The position numbers and the translations under genes are program-made. From the NCBI GenBank assembly GCA_965248265.1, contig CBDFJF010000002.1, forward strand, positions 1,344,001-1,408,000: a stretch of 64,000 bases of DNA. Direction: 5' to 3'. Positions within the stretch are counted from its first letter, which is position 1. Every line of letters starts with the position of its first letter. Source of the DNA: Candidatus Latescibacterota bacterium (GTDB lineage: Bacteria > Latescibacterota > UBA2968 > UBA8231). The notes beneath the pieces are model-generated. The model worked only from the letters and a program-made list of their open reading frames with translations, was not told where the DNA came from and searched no databases. Below are positions 18,835 through 31,335 of this stretch, piece after piece.

Positions 18835-19647
18835 TTATCCGTACTCTCCTACTGAGTTCCAGCCAGGGTACTGTTCCTCCAACGCCTCGAGTGTCTGCTG
18901 CGTGTAATACGGGTGTCCGGCCGGCGGGAACCTGAACAGCTCCCGCTCACGCGCCGAGAGGCCGGAGATGAACTTGCGGAAATGCGGATCGGTGCCGACG
19001 CGGGTGTAATGGGCGACACCCTCCCAGTAGTGGTCGGCGTGGCCGTAGGCGAACTTCCATATGTACTTCTGGCCGTCCGCTCTCAGGTAATCCGGAGCTC
19101 CATGCCAGGTGTAGTTGTGAAAGACCGCCAGTGTTCCGGCGGGACCGACCATGTCGACGGCTCTGGCCATGTCCTGGCCGTCTGCGGTCGCGATGAGCTG
19201 AGTCGGCGCCTGATCCTCATCCACATCCTCCAGGTAGAACCAGAAATTGATCTGCCCATACCTCCGATCGGAGGTCGACGGAGGTAGCAGCGAGTTGTTG
19301 CCGTTGTCGATATGGCCTTCGCTCACCCTCGATTTGAAGCCGGGGTAGCGGACGATCGAACCACCGGGACGGTAGTGGATATGGTCCGTCCCCAGCCATT
19401 GCTGAGAGAAGCGGATGGCCTCCCAGTCGACGATGGACTGGTTGAGGATCTGCTCGGAATAGGGAAAGACCTCGAATACCGTGCGCTCTTCGGGCGGGTC
19501 GTCCTTCACCTCGTCCCATGGCTTGAGTATCCTGCGTATTGCAGTAGCCATCTGTTCGCACTGCGCTTGCGGGAGATAGCTATCTATGATGAAGAAGCCG
19601 TTTTCACTCAACTCATCGAAGTGGGCTTGCGTCAGTCTTGGAGACAT
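18835..19647 (-). CDS. PhyH-family Fe(II)/2OG dioxygenase
   Basis: ENGFFII, HID, FYLEDVDEDQAPT, GPAGT...WHGA. Confidence 0.85.
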   Translation of the reverse strand: MSPRLTQAHFDELSENGFFIIDSYLPQAQCEQMATAIRRILKPWDEVKDDPPEERTVFEVFPYSEQILNQSIVDWEAIRFSQQWLGTDHIHYRPGGSIVRYPGFKSRVSEGHIDNGNNSLLPPSTSDRRYGQINFWFYLEDVDEDQAPTQLIATADGQDMARAVDMVGPAGTLAVFHNYTWHGAPDYLRADGQKYIWKFAYGHADHYWEGVAHYTRVGTDPHFRKFISGLSARERELFRFPPAGHPYYTQQTLEALEEQYPGWNSVGEYG

Positions 19648-19675
19648 GTGCTCAGCTCGCGGTCATGATCGGGGA

Positions 19676-20566
19676 TCAGACCCGGTGGGGCCCTCTCGCA
19701 GGAGGATGTTGGTGCATCTGTTCCAGGGCTTCGTCCCAGAGTTTACACCACGAAGCGTGGTCGGTCAGGACGCTTCCGGGGTCGGACGGACTGCGCACGG
19801 GGAAATCGGGATGAAACGGGCGCCCAGTCGGTGTCCCGCTCTGCTGGTAGCGCAGGTCGAGGCTCCAGCGTACATCCCATTCGGTCACGTTGGGCCTTGA
19901 GCGATGGGGAGTGAACTGACTCATGAAGATGACGCCGCCCTTGTCGACCTCGGCGACCAGTGGTTCAACCTGGGGCAGCAGGTCCGGCCTGATGGTGGTG
20001 CCGCCCTCAGCCTGATGGTGCAGGTGTCCGTTCTCGAAGACATCCGGCATCACCTGGATGCAGCCCCTGTCCCGGGTCGCGTTCACCAGAGGAATCCAGC
20101 AGGTGACAATCCTGACCGCGTCCGCCTCTGCCCAGGTGACTCCCGAATCCTGATGCCATGGCGTGTCGTAGTAGAAGTTTGGCTCCGTCAGCCGGTTCGG
20201 AGGTTTGTCACGCAGGTGTTGGATGGGTGAACAGGTGATCTCGGATCCGATCAGGCTGGCGACCGCATCGAGCAGATGGTCGTTGCGCAGAAAGTCGAAC
20301 AGGGCCGGCGCCCGCATGCGGTTGATGTCGATTCCGTGACCGATTTCGGCACTCTGAGCCCGGAGTTTGGCATAGCGCCGCTCAAACGGCTCGTCTTCGT
20401 GCAGCTCCTCGAGCTTGCCCTGAGCTTGCAACGTCAAGGCGCGCCGGTTGACGAAATCCGTGACGGCATCGATGGTCGGCTGCAGATCGGCATCGCTCAA
20501 CACACCCTCCGCGATCAGCACGCCGTGCTCCTCGAAGGTCGCTACCTGTTGCGCAGTCAGGGACAT
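19676..20566 (-). CDS. PhyH-family Fe(II)/2OG dioxygenase
   Basis: LT.QQV..FEEHGVL, TPWHQD, TCWIPL, HRSRPN, RWSLDLRY. Confidence 0.9.
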   Translation of the reverse strand: MSLTAQQVATFEEHGVLIAEGVLSDADLQPTIDAVTDFVNRRALTLQAQGKLEELHEDEPFERRYAKLRAQSAEIGHGIDINRMRAPALFDFLRNDHLLDAVASLIGSEITCSPIQHLRDKPPNRLTEPNFYYDTPWHQDSGVTWAEADAVRIVTCWIPLVNATRDRGCIQVMPDVFENGHLHHQAEGGTTIRPDLLPQVEPLVAEVDKGGVIFMSQFTPHRSRPNVTEWDVRWSLDLRYQQSGTPTGRPFHPDFPVRSPSDPGSVLTDHASWCKLWDEALEQMHQHPPARGPHRV

Positions 20567-20670
20567 GGGGCTAGGCTCTGATCGGGGGTGACAGGCTGTG
20601 GAAAAAGAACAACATTTCGGGATGTGTCGGCCACCACAGATGTGGGCGCGTTTGCGCCACAGGAGCGGTA

Positions 20671-21516
20671 ATGCAGCAAGAGGATTACGATTTCTTCAAA
20701 AATAACGGTTATCTGTCACTAGGAAAGGTCCTCAGCGACGATGAGGTGGCCCGCTTCGAGGACGCCTTCGACAGGGACCGACGCGACTTCAGCCGCTCCT
20801 GGACTACGACCGGCATCTGGCAGACCGAGAATCTACATGCACTCCTGACGGCTCCCGAGTTCGATGAAATCGTTCGCCATCCCGTGGTCCTGGAGGCTCT
20901 CGAGGCGCTGATGTGTGATGAGGTCTGTTTCTCCGAAATCGGCATAAGGTACATGGGACCCTACGAGGGAGAGCCGGTTCCGGCCATGCGGTCGTGGGAC
21001 GGCCCTGTAGGCTATCGCTGGCATCGAGACGGAGGAACAAGCTTGATGTGGCCGGAACATCCGCTGCGCCTCGGCTACGCCCAGGTGATGGTCTACCTGT
21101 GCGACGTCAGCGATACTACCCACAGTTTCGCCATTTCCCCAGAGTCAGCTGATAGTGAGATCCTGAATATCGAGGGCCAACTGGCACGGAACGGAATGCG
21201 AGAGCTGCACGGCTGTGCCGGCACCGCGCTCCTATTCGATGCGTCGCGTGTGCACACGGTCGTCGTGCGTCCGACACAGTCCGAGCGCAAATCCGTGCAG
21301 ACTTACTATGGTCATCGACACCGCGAGTTCCTCAGCGAGCAGTCCTATACTCCTGCAGCGCTATGCCGTGACCATCCAGACGAGGAAACTCGTGGATTCT
21401 ACGGTGTGCTGAACAACAAGACCCGGGAATTCTTGAAACGCACTGCTGGGCGCGCCGACGTGCCCGTGAACGAAGCCCTGGAGATCCTGGCCGACATCAA
21501 GCCACAACCTGATTGA
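20671..21516 (+). CDS. PhyH-family Fe(II)/2OG dioxygenase
   Basis: FFKNNGYL, WHRD, MVYLCDV, AGTALLFD...H. Confidence 0.85.
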   Translation: MQQEDYDFFKNNGYLSLGKVLSDDEVARFEDAFDRDRRDFSRSWTTTGIWQTENLHALLTAPEFDEIVRHPVVLEALEALMCDEVCFSEIGIRYMGPYEGEPVPAMRSWDGPVGYRWHRDGGTSLMWPEHPLRLGYAQVMVYLCDVSDTTHSFAISPESADSEILNIEGQLARNGMRELHGCAGTALLFDASRVHTVVVRPTQSERKSVQTYYGHRHREFLSEQSYTPAALCRDHPDEETRGFYGVLNNKTREFLKRTAGRADVPVNEALEILADIKPQPD

Positions 21517-21553
21517 ATACACGACCCATGGTCGATGACAAAGGGGACATGAA

Positions 21554-22675
21554 GTGAGCATCGAAGCCCAGAGAACGCAGCTGATGGAGTCCGGATACGT
21601 CATGTGCCGCGGCATGATTCCACCCGACGAATTACAGCGGTTGCGCGCAAGTGTCGATCGCATCGTAGCGCGGCCGCCGGAACCGTCGAGCCGGGTGGAC
21701 CTCACCGAATGGGTCGATGGAGAGACCGCCGACGCGGTCGAATTTTTCTTCGACGAGCGCACCCTCGGCTTCAGTTGTGATTTGATGGATGTGGCCGAGG
21801 CAGAACCGCTGGGATTGTGGGTTCTGTGCCAATCGGGAACGGGCTGGCATCGAGACATCCATCCCATCGACATGGCACCGCTCGATGGGTTGCAGGAGGA
21901 CATAAAACTCAACGGCCCGCCTTATCTGCAATGGCACGTGGCGCTGTACGACGACAGCTTCCTGCACGTGATACCGGGGAGTCATCGTCGGCGCAACAAC
22001 GACGAAGAGCGCAAGATCGAGAGGCGCATGGGGGTGGTGCCGCTGCCCGGAGACACGGTCGTCGACATGAAGGCCGGTGATGGGGTCGTCTACATCAATA
22101 ACTTCCTCCACGCGGCCGAACCCAACGGCGACATCAAGCGCCGCACCTATCACATGGGATACCAGGCGTTCGGCAACAAAGGATTTACCCATTACCTTCC
22201 GAACTCCATGGGAGTCGGCTTCATCGAACACCTGTCGCCACGGGCCGCCGAGCAATGCAGACAGTTCGAGCGCCTGCATTCGCAGAAGAACGACCAGATC
22301 GCGGCCACATTCCGCGGCATCATCGACGGTGATGGCACAGCGTTCATGGAGGCCTTCGACACGCTACACCCGAGTGAGCACGCGCGGATGACGTCCTTGA
22401 TCGTGCTGTCGAGAATCGCCTACCAAATTCGCAAGTACAAGGATTCCGACGACGATGACTACCACAACACTGACACGGTCCAAGCACTAGGTGCACACTT
22501 TAGTGCCGAGGAGCTCGATCGGCTTCAGGAGCGATTCGCCGCGCTAGAGGACAAACTGACGGCGGACACGGAGCAGTACGAGTCGCTGTTTCAGAACGCG
22601 GCGATGAAGTATTACTTCTACGAAATGCCGAAGAACTTCGGCATTCACGACCTCATCGCCAGCTGGAGCAGATGA
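21554..22675 (+). CDS. PhyH-family dioxygenase with helical C-terminal extension (paralog of 37287)
   Basis: GWHRD, LQWHVALYDDSFLHVIPGSHRR, MKAGDGVVY...LH. Confidence 0.85.
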   Translation: MSIEAQRTQLMESGYVMCRGMIPPDELQRLRASVDRIVARPPEPSSRVDLTEWVDGETADAVEFFFDERTLGFSCDLMDVAEAEPLGLWVLCQSGTGWHRDIHPIDMAPLDGLQEDIKLNGPPYLQWHVALYDDSFLHVIPGSHRRRNNDEERKIERRMGVVPLPGDTVVDMKAGDGVVYINNFLHAAEPNGDIKRRTYHMGYQAFGNKGFTHYLPNSMGVGFIEHLSPRAAEQCRQFERLHSQKNDQIAATFRGIIDGDGTAFMEAFDTLHPSEHARMTSLIVLSRIAYQIRKYKDSDDDDYHNTDTVQALGAHFSAEELDRLQERFAALEDKLTADTEQYESLFQNAAMKYYFYEMPKNFGIHDLIASWSR

Positions 22676-24857
22676 TCTTCCTTATTTGACCAACGCCATC
22701 TTGCGCGTTTCCATGAGTTCCTTTCCCGCCAGCAGTCGATATACGTACACGCCGCTGGCCAGCTCGCGGCCTCGCTCATTGCGACCATTCCATCGTACGG
22801 TATAGACTCCAGCCTCTCGAGATCCGTCTACGAGCTGCACCAGCTTTTGCCCCGCCAGATTGTATACGGCCAGCTCTACCTCTTGTTTTTCTCTCATTTC
22901 AAATCGGATCACCGTCTCAGCGTTGAACGGGTTGGGATAGTTCTGCTCCAGAGAGTAGCCCTGCGGCAGCGTCGTGGGGTGCTCTTCCAGTACGGTGGTG
23001 GCTACTGGGGGCCTTGCCGGTGCGGCGACAGCAACCAGACGTATGTCGTCGAGGTAGAAGGTGCCATGCCCTCGCCCCAAAAAACCGATCCTGGTGATCA
23101 CATCCAAGTTAAAAGACTCCAGTGGTATGTCTATCACCTGCCACTCCTTCTTGTCCAGGTCCACCTGGCTGCTCCTTCGACCCCAGAACAGAGGCAGTGA
23201 ATGTTCGTCTATGATTACAGTAATAGCCAAATCGTTACCCGGCACTCCGTAATTGCCCGGGTGAAAGGCAAAGCGCAGGGAAGCGAATCCGAAAGCGTCT
23301 ACAGGGTCGGTCGGTTCGTAGAATACTCGGAAAAAGGAGTTGATGTTCCTGAATGCCAGCGCTGAGGCGCCCAGGTAGACGACCTGGCTTTCCTGAGTAT
23401 CCAACTCCCCACCCCTCATCCGGTTCGTCACCCGCCACTGGTCTCCCACTTCATCTCCGAACACCAGCAGATCCCTCGCAGGATAGACGTGAAAGGGTAC
23501 GTCGTAGGGATACAAGCGTCCCTGATCATCTTCCAGCTGAACCTTTATTCGATGCTCACCACTGTGCAGGTCCTGTGGCACCTGAATACGCCCGGTAAAT
23601 AGCCGTCCACCGGCCCCATCTCCGTCGTCGAACAGTGTCCACTCTTCCGTCTCTTTTGTGTCAAAGAACCGGGCGGAAACCCGGGCGATCTGTCCGGTGA
23701 TTCCGCGCGGTGATGGCGCGGTTGTCGCGGTCACCGTCACCCAGTCCGAGTAGCCCGCAACCGAAGACTGGGCACTCAACGATACCTGCCTGATGCCGTG
23801 GGACGGCTCATCAAAGCGGAATGCCAGCAGGGCGGGCGCACCGACGCCACGCACGTGACGCGCGTTATCGGCCACATAGATCAAGCCGTCGGTATGAGGT
23901 TGTGCACCCCAGGCACCGGGCGAGGAGAAGTAGGCGATCTCTACCGGATGATCCGGGGTGGCGAGATCGAAAATGCGCACTCCGGCGTCGTAATAGGCCC
24001 AGTAGAGCAGGCCGTCCCGGGCATAGGGGTTGTGGGGGCCCGTTGTCTCAAAGAAAGGGGGTGGTTGAGCACGGAAGGTCCCCACCTCCACCGGGTAGCG
24101 CGGATCGGTCGCGTCGATGATGTGCAGAGGTCGATTCCAGCCGCCGTATTCCTGGTTGCAGTAGACGAATCCGTTCTCCATCCAGGCGCTGTGCAGCCCT
24201 TCGGCAATGGGCACAGAGGACAGGGTAACGGGATTATCGGGGTCGGCCAGGTCCAGGATAACCAGACCTCCGCTGTCGCCAAAATCGTTGCTGACGCTAA
24301 GGAAGGCCATGTCATCGCGGATGAAGACATCATGGATGAAATTACTGAAGCCCTCAGCGTCGTTCATCCAGAAGCCCGATTCCGACGGTTGCGCAGGGTT
24401 TGAAATGTCCAGAATCGTCATGCCTTCGTCGATGGAGCTGACCAGATAAGCGCGATTCTTGTAGAGGAAGAGGTTGTGTACCCCTCCGCGGTCCGAGGCC
24501 TCGAAGTTCGAGAGGATTTGGGGATTGGACGGGTCGGAAATATCGATGAAGATCACCTCGCCCAAATAGTTTCTCTGCGCCCCGACGGCGGCCAGATCTC
24601 CGCTGACCTTTATGTCCAGTGAACGAATGCCAAATAGGAACAGCGAGGTGTCCAGGCGCATGGCCTGTGGTTGAGAAACGTCCACGATGTGTAGTACGTC
24701 TCGATCCCGATTGCCGACATAGGCATGGCTGCCAGCGACATACAGGTCGGTCACGCCCTCCAGCACAATACTGTCCACCAAGGCCATACTGAAGGTATGG
24801 GCGTATGCCGAGGCAGGCGCAGCCTCCCACGAGGATTCTGCCGCAACTTCGCCCTCA

Positions 24858-24916
24858 TGTGCGTCCGCACCGTGTGCGTCCGCACCGTGTGCGTCCGCAT
24901 CATGGGCATCTGCATC
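24858..24916 (-). repeat. 15-bp coding tandem repeat (about 4 copies) encoding (D/G)ADAH
   Basis: GTGTGCGTCCGCACC units on the + strand; protein DADAHDADAHGADAHGADAH. Confidence 0.85.
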
Positions 24917-25005
24917 AGACGAGAGTGCCGGGTAGGTCAGCAACAACATGAAACAACAACTGATGTGACAAACAGTGAATCGCCCCGGGTTTTTCGGAGA
25001 CTCGG

Positions 25006-26237
<1,232 letters not shown>

Positions 26238-26440
26238 GACTCCAATCCTCTCAAGAAATGGAGCCTCCGGCAACCCCGGGGCGATTCAACAGCGAAAAGG
26301 CGGTTGGGCTTTGCTGTCTTCATGAGATTGCCCATCGAAAAGCGAGTCTGCACCGAAGGGGAAGATACGCAACGGCGCCGGAAAAAGCCCAATGAGTGTT
26401 TCTCGCACTCACCTACCGACGTCCAACTTCATGTCGACTT

Positions 26441-28708
26441 TCACCTGACCAACGCCATCTTGCGCGTTTCCATGTGTTCCTCTCCCGCCCATAGCCGATA
26501 TACATAGACGCCGCTGGCCAGTTCGCGGCCTTGCTCATCGCGACCACTCCATCGTACGGTATGGACTCCAGCCTCTTTCGATCCCTCTACGAGCTGCACC
26601 AGCCTCTGCCCCGCCAGATTGTAAACGGCCAGCTCCACTTCCTGTTTTTCTCGCATTTCAAATCGGATCACCGTCTCACTGTTGAACGGATTGGGATAGT
26701 TCTGCTCCAGCGAGTAACCCCGCGGCAGCGTCGTGGGGTGCTCTTCCAGTACGGAGGTGGTTGCTGATGAAGTGGCTGTCACCAAGCGCATATCGTCGAG
26801 GTAGAAAGTGCCTTTCAGCCCCCCCCAAAAACCAATCGAGGTGATCACATCCGAATCAAGAAAATCCAGCGGTATGTCCATCAACTGCCACTCCTTCGTG
26901 AGAGTATCCACTGCGTTCCCTCCCCAATCACCAAACAGATATACCTGCTTTCCGTTTATGATAAGAGCAAGCTCCGTGTACGCCGTGGAATCGCCCGGGT
27001 GAAAGGCAAAACGCAGGGAAGTGAACCCGAAAACACCAGCAAGGTTAACGGGTTCAAAGTACACGCGAAAGAAGTCGCCGATGTTCCTGAATGCCAGCGC
27101 TGAGTCGCCCCGGTAGACGAGGCCGCTTTCTTGACTATCCAAGTCGACGCCACTCATCCGGGTTGCCTGCCACTGGCTCGCCAGCGAATCTGAGAACAAT
27201 ACGAGATCCTCGGCCGGATAAATACGGAAAGATACATCGTGGGGATATGCACGAGCCTGATCATCTTCCAACTGAACTCTTATTCGTTGCTCACCGCTGT
27301 GCAGGCCCTGTGGTACCTGAATCTGCCCGGTAAATAGCCTTCCACCGGCCGCTTCGCCAGCCGTACCGTCGTCCAACAACGTCCATTCTTCGGTCTCTTG
27401 TATGTCAAAGAAGCGGGCGGAAACCCGGGCGATCTGCCCGGAAATACCGCGCGGTGATGGCGCCGTCGTCGCTGTCACCGTTATCCAGTCCGAGTTGCCC
27501 GCAACCGAAGACTCCGCACTCAACGATACTTGCCTGATGCCGTGGGACGGCTCGTCAAGGCGGAGTGCAAGCAGGGCGGGTGCACCGACGCCACCGACGT
27601 TATCTGCGCTATCGGCCACATAGATCAAGCCGTCGGTATGAGGCTGGGCACCCCAGGCACCGGACGATGAGAAGTAGGCGATCTCCACCGGATGATCCGG
27701 GGTGGCGAGATCGAAAATGCGCACACCGGCGTCGTAATAAGCCCAGTAGAGCAGGCCGTCCTTGGCATAGGGGTTGTGGGGGCCCGTTGTCTCAAAGAAA
27801 GGGGGTGGTTGAGCGCGGAAAGACCCCATCGCCACTGGGTGGCGCGGATCGGTTGCGTCGATGATGTGCAGGCGCTGATTCCAGCCGCCGTATTCCTGGT
27901 TGCAGTAGACGAATCCGTTCTCCATCCAGGCGCTGTGGAGCCCTTCGACAATGGGTACGGAGGACAGGGTAACGGGATTATCGGGATCGGTTAGGTCTAG
28001 GATAACCAGGCCGCCGCTGCTGGTTAAGTGGTTGCTGACGCTGAGGAAGGCCATGTCATCGCGGATGAAGACATCGTGGATGAAACTACTGAAGCCCTTA
28101 GCGTCGTTCATCCAGAAACCCGATTCCGATGGGCGCGCGGGATCCGAAACGTCCAGAATCGTCATGCCTTCGTCGAAGGAGCTGACCAGATAAGCGCGGT
28201 CTTTGTAGAGGAAGAGGTTGTGTACCCCTCCGCGGTCCGACGCCTCGAAGTTCGAGAGGATCTGGGGATTGGACGGCTCGGAAATATCGACGAAAATCAC
28301 CTCGCCGACAGAGTTTCTCTGCGCCCCGACGGCGGCCAGATCCCCGCTGACCTTTATATCGAGGGAACGTATCTCCGACAGCGTCAGCGACGTGTCCAGG
28401 CGCATGGCCTGCGGCTGAGAAATATCCACGATATGCAGCACGCCTTGATCCCCATTGCCGACATAGGCGTGGTTGCCGGCAACATACAAGTCGGTCACGC
28501 CCTCCAGTACAATACTGTCTACCAAGGTCATGCTGAGGGCATTGGAGTGGACCGACGTGAGTGCACCCTCGCCGGCGGACTCTGCCTCACCTTCGCCGTG
28601 ATGAGCGTCTACATCATGCGCACTTGCGGCACCGGCCAGCAACAGCATGAAACAACAGCCGACGCTGAGAGCGAGTAGGCGGTGGTGTTTTGATGTCCAC
28701 CACTTCAT
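26441..28708 (-). CDS. LVIVD-repeat secreted protein with Ig-like, CBM-like and FlgD-Ig/T9SS-like C-terminal domains (intact tandem paralog)
   Basis: Colinear with the 22682 gene; signal peptide MKWWTSKHHRLLALSVGCCFMLLLAGAASA; LEQNYPNPFN tail. Confidence 0.85.
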   Translation of the reverse strand: MKWWTSKHHRLLALSVGCCFMLLLAGAASAHDVDAHHGEGEAESAGEGALTSVHSNALSMTLVDSIVLEGVTDLYVAGNHAYVGNGDQGVLHIVDISQPQAMRLDTSLTLSEIRSLDIKVSGDLAAVGAQRNSVGEVIFVDISEPSNPQILSNFEASDRGGVHNLFLYKDRAYLVSSFDEGMTILDVSDPARPSESGFWMNDAKGFSSFIHDVFIRDDMAFLSVSNHLTSSGGLVILDLTDPDNPVTLSSVPIVEGLHSAWMENGFVYCNQEYGGWNQRLHIIDATDPRHPVAMGSFRAQPPPFFETTGPHNPYAKDGLLYWAYYDAGVRIFDLATPDHPVEIAYFSSSGAWGAQPHTDGLIYVADSADNVGGVGAPALLALRLDEPSHGIRQVSLSAESSVAGNSDWITVTATTAPSPRGISGQIARVSARFFDIQETEEWTLLDDGTAGEAAGGRLFTGQIQVPQGLHSGEQRIRVQLEDDQARAYPHDVSFRIYPAEDLVLFSDSLASQWQATRMSGVDLDSQESGLVYRGDSALAFRNIGDFFRVYFEPVNLAGVFGFTSLRFAFHPGDSTAYTELALIINGKQVYLFGDWGGNAVDTLTKEWQLMDIPLDFLDSDVITSIGFWGGLKGTFYLDDMRLVTATSSATTSVLEEHPTTLPRGYSLEQNYPNPFNSETVIRFEMREKQEVELAVYNLAGQRLVQLVEGSKEAGVHTVRWSGRDEQGRELASGVYVYRLWAGEEHMETRKMALVR

Positions 28709-28837
28709 TGGTTGTTCAAACAAGAACGCGTCCGATCGAGTAGAGATCCGTATTCTGAAGTCGACCCAGATCGTTAGTATGAAAAGATCCGGGATGTGTA
28801 GCAAAAATACTTCTCGACACTGCGGCCTGACGGACCT

Positions 28838-28998
28838 AGACTAACGGACACCCTTCAGGAGGTGAAGAATCCGCTTATTCATCGCCAGCGCTCTTCTTCT
28901 GGCCGCGTTGGTCACCCGAGGGTACCAGGATCATCATCGGCTCCTTTCGTGACGCCGCTATCAATGTCTACGCGATGAACGCCAACGGCACCAACCTC
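28838..28998 (+). pseudogene. Relic of a PD40/TolB repeat running into the SDR start
   Basis: In-frame upstream translation WPRWSPEGTRIIIGSFRDAAINVYAMNANGTNL resembles the repeats at 41670-42410; in-frame stop at 28837 and no start codon upstream of 28975. Confidence 0.65.
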
Positions 28999-29730
28999 AG
29001 GGTTCTCATCACCGGTGCTGCCGGTTACGTCGGCGGTCTGCTGCGCTCCCACTGGGGAGACCGCTACCCGTTACGGCTCGCCGATCGGCGTCCAGTCGAA
29101 GGGCTTGCCGACAACGAGGAGTTCGTAGAAGTCGACATCACCAAATATGAGCAAATGCTGGAGGTCTGCCGCGGCATGGACGTCGTCGTTCACCTGGCCG
29201 CCGACCGCAGTCCGGCAGCCAAGTTCTACGAGACGCTGCTCGAGCTCAACATCATCGGCGGCTATAATGGCTTCGAGGCAGCGCGCGAGGCGGGGTGCAG
29301 GCGGATCGTCTTTGCCAGCAGCATCAACGCTGTGCTGGGCTATGAAAACATCACTGACGTCGCCTGGGATGCGCCGGTCTATCCAGTCAATGTGTACGGC
29401 GCGTCAAAGTGCTGGGGGGAAGCGCTTGGCCGGGTCTATTCTGATCAGCACGATCTGTCCTGCATCAGCGTACGTCTCGGCAATCCGCGCTTCGACCAGG
29501 GCGGCGACTGGGACCCGGAAGAGATCCACGGCAACGTGTCGCCGCGCGACTGCGCCCAGCTGTTCAGATGCTGCGTTGATGCTGACGATGTCGATTTCGC
29601 CATCGTTAACGGCGTGTCCAACCATCGACGATCGTCGCTGGATCTCGAGGTGTCACGGCGGATCGTCGGCTATGAGCCCGAGGATGGGACCGCCTTTCCG
29701 AAAGCGGACCGCTCACAGCTGGGAAGCTGA
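28975..29730 (+). CDS. NAD-dependent epimerase/dehydratase (extended SDR, uronate-dehydrogenase-like)
   Basis: VLITGAAGYVG, VVHLAA, IVFASS, YGASK motifs. Confidence 0.9.
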   Translation: MNANGTNLRVLITGAAGYVGGLLRSHWGDRYPLRLADRRPVEGLADNEEFVEVDITKYEQMLEVCRGMDVVVHLAADRSPAAKFYETLLELNIIGGYNGFEAAREAGCRRIVFASSINAVLGYENITDVAWDAPVYPVNVYGASKCWGEALGRVYSDQHDLSCISVRLGNPRFDQGGDWDPEEIHGNVSPRDCAQLFRCCVDADDVDFAIVNGVSNHRRSSLDLEVSRRIVGYEPEDGTAFPKADRSQLGS

Positions 29731-29742
29731 CCCACCCACTCA

Positions 29743-31335
29743 CTACAGTTTGTAGGCGAACAACTTCGCCTGAAACATCCTCACCCGAATGGCGGCCATT
29801 TCACCGACTCCGGAGATATCGCTGTCCCCATTCCAGGTAACGACCTGGTCCTCTTCATCTCCGACCAGGCGGTCGCACTCCTCAAAAGTGAATCCCTTGA
29901 GCGCATTGGCATCCACCGCCATCATCGTGGGTATGTAGCGGAGCAACTCGATCTCGATCCAGCCACCCGGCGCGCAGCGGTAGTTCAGACGCAGTTCCTT
30001 TTCCCGGCGATACACGGTGGGAATGGTGAACCGCCCCTCGGTTTCCGCCTCCATGCCGCACAGGCGATGCGGGCGCCAGCGCGCCCATCGTATCTGGCTC
30101 GCCTGCATCTCCGGGAACATATCGGACTTGTACTCTTCCGGTGTGGTGTGCGTCGAAGAACGGGCCTGGTAGGACAGAGCCCAGTAACCGTCAGGAAGCT
30201 CAACCAGGCCGTTGCGCCACGGATGGAGCTGGCATTCCTCCCCGCTACCGCGAGGGCCTACGCTGAGTACGGCGCGTCGTTCCGGCCGTGTCCAGACGAT
30301 GCCGTCGCGACTGAAGGCGAGCTGCAGATCCAACGTGTCGGTCACCATGTGGAACACCGGCAGAATCATGGCGTGGAGGTCCTGGCGTCCCGGATAGGGG
30401 GAGTAGGCCGCCCCGTAGAACGAGATGTCGAGGGGATCCTGCGCATCGGGATGGACCAGGAGCTTGGCTGCCGGCCAATGACGGAAGTCCTTGGTCCGGG
30501 TGAGGCCGACGGCTCGACGCACCACCTCGGTTTCGATGATGCCAGTGCCCAGGGCCACGGGCTCGTCCGGAGCACACCCCTGCGGTTGGATGTAGGCGAA
30601 GTAGGTTCCACTGGCGGCGTCATAACCGGGACAGAGGCCGCCGTTGACTGAATAGTTGGCGAGCGGTTCTTCGATCTTGGTCCAATGAAGGCGGTCCGGG
30701 GAGGTGAACCCGACCATCGCCCCCTTCAACACCACCTTGCGACCGGTGTAGGCCTCTCCTTGATACTGCTCGGCTTGCCAGTGTTCGTGCGCCTCGTCGC
30801 CGTCGACGACTTCGCCGGAATCGCGGTCGAGCCAGAAGCCCTCGGCACCCAGCGACTTGTAGCGCTCGGCGGGCGGGGCTGATGGATCCTCGATGATGCT
30901 GCCCTGCATCCCCGCTTCGAGGAGGTTGTTGTCGGTGGAGCCGTTGAACTCTACCTCGCCCAGGTGCGGCCGTTCCCAATGGTAGCCATCATCACTGACC
31001 GCGTAGCAGTTGAGCGGACCGGCACCATAGGTCATGTGGAGCTTGCCATCCTCATGCCAGACGTGGTACGGATGGACGTCGCGGTCCAGTTCCCATTCCT
31101 TTTCGGGCGCCAGAAACGGCTCGGATCTGTTAGCCTCTTCCACTCTCAGCTGGACGCCGATCGGCGCGTCGAACACCTCGTAGGTTCCGGCACTGGTTGT
31201 GCTGCGGTGGCCGCTGAAGACCTCCATAACGTCCACCAATGCCATCCAGGTGCCGGGATTGGACCGTGGGCGCACCCAGTCGCCGGGGAAATAGCTGCCG
31301 CGTTCCTGGATCTTTTGTCGTTGGTCGTCCATCAT
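29743..31335 (-). CDS. Uncharacterised glycoside-hydrolase-like (GH32/43/130-type) beta-propeller protein, paralog 1
   Basis: CYAVSDDGYHWERP.LG, EDPSAPPAERYK, TSPDRLHW, QLAFSRDGIVW.R, C-terminal AKLFAY; no signal peptide; AGGAG RBS. Confidence 0.7.
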   Translation of the reverse strand: MMDDQRQKIQERGSYFPGDWVRPRSNPGTWMALVDVMEVFSGHRSTTSAGTYEVFDAPIGVQLRVEEANRSEPFLAPEKEWELDRDVHPYHVWHEDGKLHMTYGAGPLNCYAVSDDGYHWERPHLGEVEFNGSTDNNLLEAGMQGSIIEDPSAPPAERYKSLGAEGFWLDRDSGEVVDGDEAHEHWQAEQYQGEAYTGRKVVLKGAMVGFTSPDRLHWTKIEEPLANYSVNGGLCPGYDAASGTYFAYIQPQGCAPDEPVALGTGIIETEVVRRAVGLTRTKDFRHWPAAKLLVHPDAQDPLDISFYGAAYSPYPGRQDLHAMILPVFHMVTDTLDLQLAFSRDGIVWTRPERRAVLSVGPRGSGEECQLHPWRNGLVELPDGYWALSYQARSSTHTTPEEYKSDMFPEMQASQIRWARWRPHRLCGMEAETEGRFTIPTVYRREKELRLNYRCAPGGWIEIELLRYIPTMMAVDANALKGFTFEECDRLVGDEEDQVVTWNGDSDISGVGEMAAIRVRMFQAKLFAYKL

